Assembly (NCBI RefSeq): GCF_061231955.1
Contig: NZ_CM195708.1
Strand: one strand, 5' to 3'
DNA: 32,000 bases
A program made the translations under genes and the position numbers. Shown here in pieces: positions 1 to 11,349 of this stretch (position 1 is its first letter; every line of letters starts with the position of its first letter). The notes under the pieces are model-generated. The model saw only the letters and a list, made by a program, of their open reading frames with translations. It did not search any database and was not told where the DNA came from.

Positions 1-1605
1 GTTCAGAACTTCACTATGGGCAATCATGAAGTGGATACCCGGGGTCTACCGTACGGGATTTACGATGTGGAAGTTGAGGTGATCGTTAACGGTCGCGTGA
101 TCAGCAAACGCCCCCAGCGGGTCAATAAGCTGTTTAGCCGGGGGCGCGGCGTCGGTGCACCACTGGCGTGGCAGGTATGGGGCGGTAGCTTTCATATGGA
201 TCGCTGGTCGGAAAACGGGAAAAAGACGCGACCAGCTAAAGAGAGTTGGCTAGCAGGTGCCTCGACCTCCGGCTCATTGAGTACGCTTAGCTGGGCGGCA
301 ACGGGATATGGATACGATAATCAGGCGGTGGGTGAAACCCGTCTGACGCTGCCGCTTGGGGGGGCGATCAACGTTAACCTGCAAAATATGCTGGCCAGTG
401 ACAGCTCATGGAGCAGCATCGGCAGCATCAGCGCCACTCTACCGGGAGGCTTTAGTTCGCTGTGGGTTAACCAGGAAAAAACCCGCATTGGCAATCAATT
501 GCGACGTAGCGATGCCGACAACCGTGCAATCGGCGGCACACTCAACCTGAACTCACTGTGGTCGAAGCTGGGCACATTCAGCATCAGCTACAATGATGAC
601 CGCCGTTACAACAGCCATTATTACACGGCAGATTACTATCAAAATGTCTACAGCGGTACCTTTGGTTCGCTTGGCCTGCGGGCCGGTATTCAGCGCTATA
701 ACAACGGCGACAGCAACGCCAATACAGGGAAATATATCGCTCTCGATCTCTCGCTACCACTGGGCAACTGGTTTAGCGCAGGGATGACCCATCAAAACGG
801 CTACACCATGGCAAACCTGTCAGCACGCAAACAGTTTGATGAAGGAACCATTCGCACTGTTGGTGCCAATCTGTCACGTGCCATCTCCGGCGATACCGGT
901 GATGACAAAACCCTCAGCGGTGGGGCGTATGCACAGTTCGACGCTCGTTACGCCAGCGGAACGCTGAACGTCAATAGCGCGGCGGACGGCTACATCAATA
1001 CCAACTTGACCGCCAATGGCAGCGTCGGCTGGCAGGGTAAAAACATCGCTGCCAGCGGGCGGACTGATGGCAACGCTGGGGTGATATTCAACACCGGGCT
1101 GGAGGACGACGGTCAGATCAGCGCCAAAATCAACGGGCGGATTTTCCCGCTTAACGGCAAGCGTAACTATCTCCCGCTCTCTCCCTATGGAAGATATGAG
1201 GTGGAGTTACAGAACAGCAAAAACTCACTCGACAGCTACGATATCGTCAGCGGCCGCAAAAGCCATCTGACTCTCTATCCAGGCAATGTCGCTGTCATTG
1301 AGCCAGAGGTGAAGCAGATGGTTACCGTCTCCGGTCGTATCCGTGCGGAAGACGGCACACTGCTGGCTAACGCACGGATTAACAACCATATCGGCCGAAC
1401 CCGAACCGATGAAAACGGCGAGTTTGTCATGGACGTGGATAAGAAATATCCCACTATCGATTTTCGCTACAGTGGCAATAAAACCTGCGAAGTGGCACTG
1501 GAACTCAACCAGGCGCGCGGTGCCGTCTGGGTCGGTGATGTGGTCTGCAGCGGCCTCTCATCGTGGGCGGCGGTGACGCAGACAGGAGAAGAGAATGAGA
1601 GTTAA
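1..1605 (+). CDS. ecpC: EcpC outer membrane usher of the E. coli common pilus (partial, C-terminal part; frame open to window start)
   Basis: Frame continues upstream of the listed ATG at 16 (gtt cag aac ttc act atg); usher-like beta-strand content; immediately upstream of ecpD/ecpE; matches the remembered YagX C-terminus. Confidence 0.93.
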   Translation, partial: VQNFTMGNHEVDTRGLPYGIYDVEVEVIVNGRVISKRPQRVNKLFSRGRGVGAPLAWQVWGGSFHMDRWSENGKKTRPAKESWLAGASTSGSLSTLSWAATGYGYDNQAVGETRLTLPLGGAINVNLQNMLASDSSWSSIGSISATLPGGFSSLWVNQEKTRIGNQLRRSDADNRAIGGTLNLNSLWSKLGTFSISYNDDRRYNSHYYTADYYQNVYSGTFGSLGLRAGIQRYNNGDSNANTGKYIALDLSLPLGNWFSAGMTHQNGYTMANLSARKQFDEGTIRTVGANLSRAISGDTGDDKTLSGGAYAQFDARYASGTLNVNSAADGYINTNLTANGSVGWQGKNIAASGRTDGNAGVIFNTGLEDDGQISAKINGRIFPLNGKRNYLPLSPYGRYEVELQNSKNSLDSYDIVSGRKSHLTLYPGNVAVIEPEVKQMVTVSGRIRAEDGTLLANARINNHIGRTRTDENGEFVMDVDKKYPTIDFRYSGNKTCEVALELNQARGAVWVGDVVCSGLSSWAAVTQTGEENES

Positions 1606-3238
1606 CCTACTAATAACGATGATAATTTTCGCGCTAATCTGGCCAGTAACTGAGCTCAGAGCGGCAGTGAGCAAAACAACCTGGGCGGATGCACCGGCAC
1701 GCGAGTTTGTGTTTGTCGAAAACAACTCAGACGACAACTTTTTCGTCACTCCTGGCGGGGCGCTGGATCCGCGCCTGACCGGTGCCAACCGCTGGACCGG
1801 TTTAAAATACACTGGTTCAGGAACCATCTATCAGCAAAGCCTCGGCTACATTGATAACGGTTACAACACCGGCCTTTATACCAACTGGAAGTTTGATATG
1901 TGGCTGGAAAATTCACCAGTTTCATCTCCTTTAACTGGCTTGCGCTGCATCAACTGGTACGCTGGGTGTAATATGACCACCAGTCTTATCCTGCCGCAAA
2001 CCACCGACGCCAGTGGATTTTATGGCGCGACGGTGACCAGCGGCGGCGCGAAGTGGATGCACGGCATGTTGTCAGACGCGTTTTACCAGTATCTGCAACA
2101 AATGCCCGTCGGCAGCAGCTTTACAATGACCATCAATGCCTGCCAGACCTCTGTGAACTATGACGCCAGCAGCGGCGCACGCTGTAAGGATCAGGCCACC
2201 GGCAACTGGTATGTTCGCAACGTCACCCATACGAAAGCAGCAAATCTGCGGTTAATAAATACCCACTCGCTGGCGGAGGTATTTATCAACAGCGACGGAG
2301 TACCGACTCTGGGCGAAGGGAACGCCGACTGCCGGACACAGACCATCGGCAGCCTTTCAGGATTAAGTTGTAAGATGGTCAACTATACCCTGCAAACAAA
2401 CGGACTCAGCAACACCTCAATCCATATATTCCCGGCGATCGCCAACTCGTCGTTAGCCTCGGCCGTCGGGGCGTACGATATGCAGTTCAGTCTGAATGGC
2501 AGTTCATGGAAACCGGTGAGCAATACCGCCTATTACTACACCTTCAACGAGATGAAGAGCGCAGACTCGATCTATGTTTTCTTCTCGAGCAACTTCTTTA
2601 AGCAGATGGTGAACCTCGGGATCAGCGATATCAACACCAAAGATCTATTCAACTTTCGCTTTCAGAACACCACATCACCGGAGTCTGGCTGGTATGAATT
2701 TTCTACCTCCAACACGCTGATTATCAAACCCCGTGATTTCAGCATCAGTATTATCTCCGATGAATATACTCAGACACCGTCGCGGGAGGGATATGTTGGC
2801 AGCGGCGAGTCGGCACTCGATTTCGGCTATATCGTAACCACCAGCGGTAAAACAGCTGCCGACGAAGTGCTGATCAAGGTGACCGGACCCGCGCAGGTGA
2901 TTGGCGGGCGCTCCTATTGTGTCTTCAGCTCCGATGACGGTAAGGCGAAAGTACCGTTCCCGGCGACACTTTCCTTTATTACCCGCAACGGAGCTACAAA
3001 AACCTACGATGCCGGGTGCGATGATAGCTGGCGGGATATGACCGATGCGCTGTGGTTGACCACACCGTGGACTGATATCTCTGGCGAAGTGGGGCAGATG
3101 GATAAGACCACAGTCAAATTTTCGATTCCAATGGATAACGCCATTTCGCTGCGTACGGTAGATGATAACGGCTGGTTTGGCGAAGTCAGCGCTTCAGGAG
3201 AGATTCATGTTCAGGCGACGTGGCGTAACATTAACTAA
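1595..3238 (+). CDS. ecpD: EcpD, common pilus tip adhesin/polymerised minor pilin, 547 aa
   Basis: 547-aa ORF with signal peptide, overlaps the end of ecpC; size and synteny match K-12 YagW. Confidence 0.95.
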   Translation: MRVNLLITMIIFALIWPVTELRAAVSKTTWADAPAREFVFVENNSDDNFFVTPGGALDPRLTGANRWTGLKYTGSGTIYQQSLGYIDNGYNTGLYTNWKFDMWLENSPVSSPLTGLRCINWYAGCNMTTSLILPQTTDASGFYGATVTSGGAKWMHGMLSDAFYQYLQQMPVGSSFTMTINACQTSVNYDASSGARCKDQATGNWYVRNVTHTKAANLRLINTHSLAEVFINSDGVPTLGEGNADCRTQTIGSLSGLSCKMVNYTLQTNGLSNTSIHIFPAIANSSLASAVGAYDMQFSLNGSSWKPVSNTAYYYTFNEMKSADSIYVFFSSNFFKQMVNLGISDINTKDLFNFRFQNTTSPESGWYEFSTSNTLIIKPRDFSISIISDEYTQTPSREGYVGSGESALDFGYIVTTSGKTAADEVLIKVTGPAQVIGGRSYCVFSSDDGKAKVPFPATLSFITRNGATKTYDAGCDDSWRDMTDALWLTTPWTDISGEVGQMDKTTVKFSIPMDNAISLRTVDDNGWFGEVSASGEIHVQATWRNIN

Positions 3239-3917
3239 GGCCCTGCTGACAGCGGTCTGTATGCTGGCGGCACCTTTGACACAGGCGATTTCGGTCGGCA
3301 ATCTGACATTTTCGCTGCCGTCCGAGACTGACTTTGTCAGCAAACGTGTAGTGAATAACAACAAAAGCGCACGGATATACCGTATTGCCATCAGTGCTAT
3401 TGATAGCCCGGGCAGCAGTGAATTGCGCACCCGACCGGTGGATGGTGAACTGCTTTTCGCCCCCCGCCAACTGGCGTTGCAGGCTGGTGAGAGCGAGTAT
3501 TTTAAATTTTACTATCATGGTCCACGGGATAACCGCGAGCGCTACTACCGGGTCTCATTTCGCGAAGTCCCCACTCGTAACCAGACAAGACGTAGCCCAA
3601 CCGGCGGCGAGGTCAGCACGGAGCCGGTGGTGGTGATGGATACCATTCTGGTAGTACGACCACGTCAGGTTCAGTTTAAATGGTCCTTCGACAAGGTGAC
3701 AGGAACGGTAAGTAACACTGGCAACACATGGTTTAAGCTACTGATTAAGCCAGGATGTGATTCGACCGAAGAGGAAGGCGATGCCTGGTATCTACGTCCG
3801 GGAGACGTGGTTCATCAGCCTGAGTTACGTCAGCCGGGGAATCATTATCTGGTCTATAACGACAAATTCATTAAGATTAGCGATTCCTGTCCGGCTAAGC
3901 CCCCTTCGGCGGACTAA
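3207..3917 (+). CDS. ecpE: EcpE, periplasmic pilus chaperone, 236 aa (start at internal [17 protein letters not shown]...)
   Basis: Chaperone-like ORF with signal peptide; starting at 3207 gives the 236-aa K-12 length and overlaps the end of ecpD. Confidence 0.9.
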   Translation: MFRRRGVTLTKALLTAVCMLAAPLTQAISVGNLTFSLPSETDFVSKRVVNNNKSARIYRIAISAIDSPGSSELRTRPVDGELLFAPRQLALQAGESEYFKFYYHGPRDNRERYYRVSFREVPTRNQTRRSPTGGEVSTEPVVVMDTILVVRPRQVQFKWSFDKVTGTVSNTGNTWFKLLIKPGCDSTEEEGDAWYLRPGDVVHQPELRQPGNHYLVYNDKFIKISDSCPAKPPSAD

Positions 3918-4229
3918 GACTTATCCATCGGTCGAGGGAAGAATTCCACCTCAGAGCTCCAAAAATCGTTTAAATGATGTGGAAGCGATCGTCAATGTCA
4001 CCTGTAACGATGGGCTTTCTCATATGCACACCATAGTGTTCAGGAGACACGGAAAGGTATCAGGCAGCCTGCTAATGAGTGGTTTAATCACGAATTAGTA
4101 CGTAAAATCGGTAACGGCTGGAAATCATTCAATACTCACACTATCGAAAGTTCCCCAGCCAACCGCGGTACGTTCTTACATACGATGTACCGCTGTTCTC
4201 TTTACGATTTTTAGCTGTACTGGTGAATT

Positions 4230-4559
4230 ATGAGCAATCTGAATCCATGCATGACGTGTGGTGCCTGTTGTGCATTTTTCCGCGTCTCTTTTTACTGGGC
4301 CGAAGCCGACGATGCTGGCGGTACTATTCCCGCCAGGCTCACTGAACAAATATCCCCTTTTCACCGATGCATGAGCGGTACCAATCAGAAAAACCCCCGA
4401 TGTATTGCCCTTGCAGGAACCCCGGGCAAAAATGCCTGCTGCACGATATATAAAAATCGATCGTCCACATGCAGAGAATTTGCCATGTCTGGTGAGAACG
4501 GAGTCGTCAATGAGGCTTGCAATCGTGCAAGGGCTAAATACGGGCTGACACCGTTATAA
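4230..4559 (+). CDS. ykgJ: YkgJ, small cysteine-rich zinc/iron-chelating (UPF0153-like) protein, 109 aa
   Basis: Cysteine motifs CMTCGACC...[13 protein letters not shown]; position between ecpE and yagU as in K-12. Confidence 0.88.
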
Positions 4560-4582
4560 ACATACAATAATTAATTGCACTG

Positions 4583-4615
4583 CCCCGCCAGCGATAATAG
4601 CGGGGCTTCGTTTTT
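4583..4615 (+). terminator. Rho-independent terminator downstream of ykgJ
   Basis: Stem CCCCGC (4583-4588) / GCGGGG (4600-4605) followed by cttcgttttt. Confidence 0.75.
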
Positions 4616-4806
4616 CAGGGGTAACAAAACCCGATACTTCTTCTATTTGCCAGCAACAATGCCTCTCTTCTGTAGCGTTCTTCGGATCTACATCATCCTG
4701 AAGTAGCGCGATATACTCACTGACTATCTGAATCAGAATATAAAAAGCAATGTTTTTAACCTATAAAAATGGCGCTGTATTTGCGCCATTTTTATCATTC
4801 AATGCA

Positions 4807-5421
4807 TTATCTGTTTGAGCCTAAAGGGATCTCAGGGTCTGGCTCATGAGTAATTCTGTTTCGTAAATCTCTGCGAATAATTTCAATAGACCAGAACCAG
4901 ACTAAATGTCCAAAAATTTCAGAAACATTCTCATACCACGGGAGATCAAACAGAGGTGGCGTCAGTCCCATGAGAGGGAATGAAATCATATGAACAAAAA
5001 GTTGGGCTAAAGCACCTGCCAGTAAGCCCTGCCAGAGTTTAATTTTTGGAAATACTTCAGCGACCACACAATAACCGACAGCAAACACTATCGAAAAGAT
5101 AATGTGCGTAACACCAACCCAGTTAAAGACATGCCCGGCAAAGGTATAAACAGCCGCATTGGGATCTGTCAGCCCCAACCAGTCTCGAAGAAAAATATAC
5201 GGTGGATTGAGAAAATTACGCGAGCAATCAATTTGGCCTGCAGCCCTGATTAATGATTCCGGGCCACACGCTGCATTAAACATATCCACCGGGCTACGTG
5301 GCGGCAATGGAACTTCAGCCCCCCACTTCACGAATGCGGAAACAACGCCAGCAATCAGCCCAATGAATGCAGCAAGACCATAACGTCTGCGGTTCGGTGG
5401 AGTTTGTTCAAATATATTCAT
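4807..5421 (-). CDS. yagU: YagU, inner membrane protein (DUF1440), 204 aa
   Basis: 204-aa hydrophobic [25 protein letters not shown]...; synteny with paoA. Confidence 0.92.
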
Positions 5422-5838
5422 ATCTACCCTGCTTGTACCATTATGTTATACACCTCTTCAGGAGTATTCATAAAACAAGGCAAATGTAAAGAACTGTATT
5501 GTTTTGTATAACAAGATAGTTTCCTAATCGCCAATGAATATAAGCTCCATCATTTCTCCCTATTTTTATATTAGAAGTGACAGAGATTTGCAGGGTGATG
5601 CAGAGCTGAAAATCACAGGTTTCCTTATTGGTTTTTGCATCGTACAACTAAAGCAATAAACCAGCTCCCATCATCATCAACATCCCGGCGAACATGAATT
5701 TATTAGCCGGGCTCATAGCTGCATTCGCGTTTTAAGAATAATCCTCCTGCTGTCGCCGACTATGCTTAACGTTTAAAAAAGCATCAGCACTCTCGCAACG
5801 CACTCTTATTTTCCCCTTTAGAATACCGGAGGCCTGGT

Positions 5839-6528
5839 ATGAGCAACCAAGGCGAATACCCCGAAGATAATCGGGTTGGGAAGCACGAGCCGCACGATTT
5901 AAGTTTGACCCGTCGCGATCTGATTAAAGTGAGCGCCGCAACAGCGGCGACCGCCGTGGTTTATCCTCATTCTACGCTGGCGGCAAGCGTTCCGGCAGCT
6001 ACACCCGCGCCAGAGATAATGCCCCTGACACTGAAGGTGAACGGCAAAACCGAGCAGCTTGAGGTGGATACCCGAACCACGCTACTGGACGCTTTGCGTG
6101 AAAATCTGCATTTGATCGGTACCAAGAAAGGTTGCGATCACGGACAGTGCGGAGCCTGTACCGTGCTGGTCAATGGTCGCAGGCTTAATGCCTGCCTGAC
6201 GCTTGCAGTCATGCATCAGGGGGCCGAGATCACCACCATTGAAGGCCTGGGTTCGCCAGATAATCTTCACCCCATGCAGGCGGCCTTTATCAAGCATGAT
6301 GGCTTCCAGTGCGGCTACTGCACCTCCGGGCAAATTTGCTCATCAGTAGCGGTGCTAAAAGAGATTCAGGACGGCATTCCCAGTCACGTCACGGTCGATT
6401 TGGTTTCCGCTCCAGAAACAACTGCCGATGAGATCCGTGAACGTATGAGCGGCAACATCTGTCGCTGTGGTGCATACGCTAACATCCTTACCGCCATTGA
6501 AGATGCTGCGGGGGAGATAAAATCATGA
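5839..6528 (+). CDS. paoA: PaoA, periplasmic aldehyde oxidoreductase [2Fe-2S] subunit
   Basis: Tat-like RR leader ([14 protein letters not shown]) and two [2Fe-2S] motifs ([21 protein letters not shown]; CGYCTSGQ...CRCGAY). Confidence 0.95.
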   Translation: MSNQGEYPEDNRVGKHEPHDLSLTRRDLIKVSAATAATAVVYPHSTLAASVPAATPAPEIMPLTLKVNGKTEQLEVDTRTTLLDALRENLHLIGTKKGCDHGQCGACTVLVNGRRLNACLTLAVMHQGAEITTIEGLGSPDNLHPMQAAFIKHDGFQCGYCTSGQICSSVAVLKEIQDGIPSHVTVDLVSAPETTADEIRERMSGNICRCGAYANILTAIEDAAGEIKS

Positions 6529-7481
6529 AGGCGTTTACCTATGAACGAGTGAACACCCCAGCCGAGGCGGCACTTAGCGCTCAGCGCGTACCCGGCGCAA
6601 AATTTATCGCGGGCGGGACCAATCTGCTGGACCTGATGAAGCTGGAAATTGAAACGCCCACCCACCTTATCGATGTGAACGGCCTCGGGCTCGATAAGAT
6701 TGAAGTGACCGACGCGGGTGGGCTGCGCATCGGCGCACTGGTACGGAACACCGACCTGGCGGCTCACGAGCGCGTGCGTCGTGATTACGCGGTACTCTCC
6801 CGCGCCCTGCTCGCTGGCGCATCTGGTCAGTTACGTAATCAGGCAACCACCGCAGGTAATCTGCTCCAGCGCACGCGCTGCCCCTATTTTTACGACACCA
6901 ATCAGCCCTGCAATAAGCGCCTGCCCGGGAGCGGCTGCGCGGCGCTTGAAGGCTTTAGCCGTCAGCACGCGGTGGTAGGCGTAAGTGAAGCCTGCATAGC
7001 CACCCATCCGAGCGATATGGCGGTCGCAATGCGGTTGCTGGATGCGGTGGTGGAAACCATCACGCCGGAGGGAAAGACTCGCAGTATCACACTGGCTGAT
7101 TTTTATCACCCACCGGGGAAAACGCCGCACATTGAAACCGCCCTGCTTCCCGGTGAGCTTATCGTTGCGGTGACGTTACCTCCACCGCTCGGCGGAAAAC
7201 ATATCTACCGTAAGGTGCGCGATCGCGCCTCCTACGCCTTTGCCCTGGTATCGGTCGCGGCGATTATTCACCCTGACGGCAGCGGGCGCGTCGCGCTGGG
7301 CGGAGTAGCACATAAGCCCTGGCGCATTGAGGCTGCGGATGCTCAGCTATCCCAGGGGGCGCAGGCCGTATATGACACGCTGTTCGCCAGCGCCCATCCC
7401 ACCGCTGAAAACACCTTTAAACTCCTGTTGGCGAAGCGAACGCTTGCCTCCGTACTGGCTGAAGCGAGGGCACAGGCATGA
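6525..7481 (+). CDS. paoB: PaoB, FAD-binding subunit of aldehyde oxidoreductase
   Basis: FAD-binding motifs ([15 protein letters not shown]; [12 protein letters not shown]), additional Cys motif, overlaps paoA. Confidence 0.95.
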   Translation: MKAFTYERVNTPAEAALSAQRVPGAKFIAGGTNLLDLMKLEIETPTHLIDVNGLGLDKIEVTDAGGLRIGALVRNTDLAAHERVRRDYAVLSRALLAGASGQLRNQATTAGNLLQRTRCPYFYDTNQPCNKRLPGSGCAALEGFSRQHAVVGVSEACIATHPSDMAVAMRLLDAVVETITPEGKTRSITLADFYHPPGKTPHIETALLPGELIVAVTLPPPLGGKHIYRKVRDRASYAFALVSVAAIIHPDGSGRVALGGVAHKPWRIEAADAQLSQGAQAVYDTLFASAHPTAENTFKLLLAKRTLASVLAEARAQA

Positions 7482-9676
7482 AATTTGATAAACCCGCAGG
7501 GGAAAACACGATCGATCAGCTGAAGGTTGTCGGTCGTCCCCATGACCGCATCGACGGACCGCTGAAAACTACCGGCACGGCACGCTACGCCTACGAATGG
7601 CATGAAGAAGCCCCCAACGCCGCCAATGGCTATATCGTCGGTTCCGCCATTGCCAAAGGACGCCTCACCGCCCTTGATACGGACGCCGCGCAAAAAGCGC
7701 CGGGCGTACTGGCTGTCATTACCGCCAGTAACGCCGGGGCACTCGGCAAAGGCGACAAAAACACCGCCAGACTGTTAGGCGGCCCCACTATTGAGCACTA
7801 TCATCAGGCCATTGCGCTGGTAGTGGCCGAGACCTTCGAACAGGCGCGAGCGGCGGCCTCGCTGGTGCAGGCACACTATCGCCGTAATAAAGGAGCTTAC
7901 TCCCTGGCGGACGAAAAACAGGCCGTCAATCAGCCGCCGGAAGACACGCCCGACAAAAACGTCGGTGACTTTGACGGGGCTTTCACCTCCGCTGCGGTGA
8001 AGATTGATGCTACCTACACGACCCCGGACCAGAGCCATATGGCGATGGAGCCGCATGCCTCGATGGCCGTCTGGGATGGAAATAAGCTTACCCTCTGGAC
8101 CTCAAATCAGATGATTGACTGGTGCCGCACCGATCTGGCAAAAACGCTGAAAGTTCCCGTGGAGAATGTGCGTATTATCTCCCCGTATATCGGCGGAGGG
8201 TTTGGCGGCAAGCTGTTCCTGAGAAGCGATGCGCTGCTGGCGGCCCTCGCCGCCCGAGCGGTGAAACGTCCGGTTAAAGTGATGCTCCCCCGCCCCTCTA
8301 TTCCCAATAACACCACGCACCGCCCCGCCACCCTTCAGCACTTGCGTATCGGTGCCGACCAGAGCGGGAAAATCACCGCTATCTCACATGAAAGCTGGTC
8401 TGGAAACCTGCCCGGCGGCACGCCGGAAACGGCGGTACAGCAAAGCGAATTACTCTACGCCGGGGCGAATCGTCATACCGGCCTGCGGCTCGCCACGCTT
8501 GATTTGCCGGAAGGGAACGCCATGCGTGCGCCCGGCGAAGCCCCCGGTCTGATGGCGCTCGAAATCGCGATCGACGAACTGGCGGAAAAAGCGGGCATCG
8601 ATCCCGTCGAGTTTCGCATCCTGAATGACACTCAGGTTGACCCCGCCGACCCGACGCGCTGCTTCTCTCGCCGTCAGCTTATCGAGTGCTTGCGCACCGG
8701 AGCGGATAAATTTGGCTGGAAGCAGCGCAACGCCACACCCGGACAGGTGCGCGACGGGGAGTGGCTAGTCGGCCACGGTGTTGCGGCGGGCTTTCGCAAT
8801 AATCTGCTGGAAAAATCGGGTGCTCGGGTTCACCTCGAACAAAACGGCACCGTTACCGTAGAAACGGACATGACCGACATTGGCACCGGCAGCTACACCA
8901 TTCTGGCCCAGACGGCAGCGGAAATGCTTGGCGTACCGCTGGAGCAGGTTGCGGTTCACCTCGGCGATTCCAGTTTCCCGGTTTCTGCGGGTTCTGGTGG
9001 ACAATGGGGCGCGAATACCTCCACCTCCGGCGTTTACGCCGCCTGTATGAAGCTTCGCGAAATGATTGCCTCGGCAGTCGGGTTTGATCCTGAGCAGTCG
9101 CAGTTTGCCGACGGCAAGATTACCAACGGTACCCGAAGCGCCACGCTACATGAAGCCACCGCAGGCGGCAGACTGACAGCGGAAGAGAGCATTGAATTCG
9201 GAACACTGAGCAAAGAGTACCAGCAGTCGACCTTTGCCGGGCATTTTGTGGAGGTCGGCGTGCATAGCGCGACGGGAGAAGTTCGGGTCCGGCGTATGCT
9301 CGCTGTGTGTGCTGCAGGACGCATCCTGAATCCGAAAACTGCGCGCAGCCAGGTCATTGGCGCAATGACTATGGGCATGGGCGCGGCACTGATGGAGGAG
9401 CTGGCGGTGGATGACCGTTTGGGCTACTTCGTTAATCACGATATGGCGGGGTATGAGGTGCCGGTCCATGCGGATATCCCAAAACAGGAGGTGATTTTCC
9501 TGGATGATACCGACCCCATATCCTCCCCGATGAAGGCCAAGGGTGTCGGTGAGCTGGGCCTGTGCGGCGTGAGCGCGGCTATCGCCAACGCGGTGTATAA
9601 CGCCACCGGTATTCGGGTACGCGATTATCCCATCACTCTGGATAAGCTGCTCGATAAGCTGCCGGATGTGGTTTAA
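7478..9676 (+). CDS. paoC: PaoC, molybdenum-cofactor-binding catalytic subunit, 732 aa
   Basis: Xanthine oxidase family large-subunit features ([16 protein letters not shown]); overlaps paoB. Confidence 0.95.
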   Translation: MKFDKPAGENTIDQLKVVGRPHDRIDGPLKTTGTARYAYEWHEEAPNAANGYIVGSAIAKGRLTALDTDAAQKAPGVLAVITASNAGALGKGDKNTARLLGGPTIEHYHQAIALVVAETFEQARAAASLVQAHYRRNKGAYSLADEKQAVNQPPEDTPDKNVGDFDGAFTSAAVKIDATYTTPDQSHMAMEPHASMAVWDGNKLTLWTSNQMIDWCRTDLAKTLKVPVENVRIISPYIGGGFGGKLFLRSDALLAALAARAVKRPVKVMLPRPSIPNNTTHRPATLQHLRIGADQSGKITAISHESWSGNLPGGTPETAVQQSELLYAGANRHTGLRLATLDLPEGNAMRAPGEAPGLMALEIAIDELAEKAGIDPVEFRILNDTQVDPADPTRCFSRRQLIECLRTGADKFGWKQRNATPGQVRDGEWLVGHGVAAGFRNNLLEKSGARVHLEQNGTVTVETDMTDIGTGSYTILAQTAAEMLGVPLEQVAVHLGDSSFPVSAGSGGQWGANTSTSGVYAACMKLREMIASAVGFDPEQSQFADGKITNGTRSATLHEATAGGRLTAEESIEFGTLSKEYQQSTFAGHFVEVGVHSATGEVRVRRMLAVCAAGRILNPKTARSQVIGAMTMGMGAALMEELAVDDRLGYFVNHDMAGYEVPVHADIPKQEVIFLDDTDPISSPMKAKGVGELGLCGVSAAIANAVYNATGIRVRDYPITLDKLLDKLPDVV

Positions 9677-9685
9677 GGAGAAACA

Positions 9686-10642
9686 ATGTCATACCCGCTT
9701 TTTGATAAAGACGAACACTGGCATAAGCCAGAGCAGGCGTTTCTCACCGATGACCACCGGACCATTCTGCGCTTCGCCGTAGAGGCGCTAATGTCCGGTA
9801 AAGGAGCGGTGCTGGTGACGCTGGTGGAGATACGCGGCGGCGCGGCGCGCCCGCTCGGGGCGCAGATGGTGGTGCGCGAAGATGGTCGTTACTGCGGTTT
9901 TGTCTCTGGCGGCTGCGTGGAGGCCGCTGCCGCTTTTGAAGCGCTGGAGATGATGGGCTCAGGCCGCGATCGCGAAATTCGCTATGGCGAAGGTTCGCCG
10001 TGGTTTGACATCGTTCTGCCCTGCGGCGGTGGGATCACGCTGACGCTCCATAAACTACGCTCGGCACAGCCTCTGCTCGCCGTGCTGAACCGCCTGGAAC
10101 AGAGAAAACCGGCGGGGCTGCGCTACGATCCGCAAGCACAATCGTTGGTGTGCCTGCCCACGCAAACCCGAACGGGCTGGAATCTCAATGGCTTTGAGGT
10201 GGGGTTCAGGCCATGCGTCAGGCTGATGATTTACGGACGTTCTCTTGAGGCGCAGGCAACCGCGAGTCTTGCAGCAGCCACAGGCTATGACAGCCATATC
10301 TTCGATCTTTTTCCGGCCTCAGCCAGCGCTCAGATCGATACCGATACGGCGGTCATTTTGCTGTGCCATGATCTCAACCGGGAGCTGCCAGTGTTGCAGG
10401 CCGCGCGAGAAGCAAAACCCTTTTATCTCGGCGCATTGGGCAGCCATCGAACCCACACGTTACGTCTGCAAAAGCTCCACGAGCTGGGATGGTCCAGGGA
10501 GGAGACAGCGCAAATCCGGGCCCCCGTCGGGATATTCCCCAAAGCCCGGGATGCGCATACTCTGGCACTCTCCGTGCTGGCAGAAATCGCCTCTGTACGT
10601 CTCCATCAGGAGGAGGATTCATGCCTGCCCCCGTCGTCCTGA
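9686..10642 (+). CDS. paoD: PaoD, XdhC-like molybdenum cofactor insertion chaperone, 318 aa
   Basis: XdhC/CoxI-like sequence (VTLVEIRGGAARPLGAQM; FYLGALGSHRTHTLR); terminal gene of the pao operon. Confidence 0.93.
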   Translation: MSYPLFDKDEHWHKPEQAFLTDDHRTILRFAVEALMSGKGAVLVTLVEIRGGAARPLGAQMVVREDGRYCGFVSGGCVEAAAAFEALEMMGSGRDREIRYGEGSPWFDIVLPCGGGITLTLHKLRSAQPLLAVLNRLEQRKPAGLRYDPQAQSLVCLPTQTRTGWNLNGFEVGFRPCVRLMIYGRSLEAQATASLAAATGYDSHIFDLFPASASAQIDTDTAVILLCHDLNRELPVLQAAREAKPFYLGALGSHRTHTLRLQKLHELGWSREETAQIRAPVGIFPKARDAHTLALSVLAEIASVRLHQEEDSCLPPSS

Positions 10643-11031
10643 TCCTTGCGGCCGGGCGTGGAAAGCGCTTTCTCGCCTCCGAGGGAAATACCCATAAGTG
10701 TATCGGCTGGCGTCAGTCCCCGGAGGTTGCGCCTTATCGCTGGCCATTTGAAGAAAACGGGAGAACTTTCGACCTTGCGATTGAACCGCAGATTACGACT
10801 AATGATCTGCGTCTGATGTTGAGGCTGGTTCTTGCCGGCGGAGGAATAACAATTGCCACTCAGGAAACTTTCAGGCCATATATTGAAAGCGGTAAGCTTG
10901 TATCGCTGCTTGATGACTTTCTTCCACAATTTCCGGGCTTCTATCTGTATTTCCCACAGCGTCGCAATATTGCACCAAAGCTCCGCGCCCTGATTGACTA
11001 CGTCAAAGAATGGCGGCAGCAATTGGTTTAA
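10621..11031 (+). pseudogene. yagP: YagP-like 136-aa remnant: MocA/MobA-type nucleotidyltransferase N-terminus joined to a LysR-type regulator C-terminus
   Basis: MPAPVVLILAAGRGKRF (nucleotidyltransferase P-loop-like N-terminus), then DLAIEPQITTNDLRLMLRLVLAGGGITIATQETFRPYIESGKLVSLL (LysR effector-domain C-terminus); neither domain is complete. Confidence 0.75.
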
Positions 11032-11156
11032 ATAGCTGCACCTGCACTGCCTGATGTCAGAACAGTATTTTGATGAATTGCCAAGGTTACAATGGCACAA
11101 ATGCGGCACAGGAGGAAACGTGGTGTATTTAAATATGGGGTAACTCTTTGATTTTA

Positions 11157-11175
11157 ATGGTGCCGATAATAGGAG
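11157..11175. repeat. att core, distal copy (attL-like)
   Basis: atggtgccgataataggag identical to 23579-23597. Confidence 0.9.
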
Positions 11176-11349
11176 CCATTAACCAAACTATCACTTTGAA
11201 AATAAAGATTTTTTATTTTTGATGCAAACAAAATACCCCCAAAAATGCCCCCAATCAGCGATATGCATTAAAACAAACGGCATCAAGCTAGAGTGGGGGT
11301 TTAACTAACAAATATCTTTTATAAAAATCTTGATTTAAATGATTAACAC

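Noticed and set aside
3757-4229. 113-aa ORF 3757..4098 and open space between ecpE and ykgJ
   Set aside because: The first part is out of frame with the real ecpE end, and the rest shows no recognisable domain; likely intergenic or decayed sequence also present in K-12-like strains.
7343-9469. Several long antisense ORFs (e.g. 9034..9378, 9146..9469, 8102..8341) opposite paoC
   Set aside because: The strand-opposite frames look like by-products of GC-rich codon bias in a strongly supported paoC reading frame; no recognisable domains or ribosome-binding sites.
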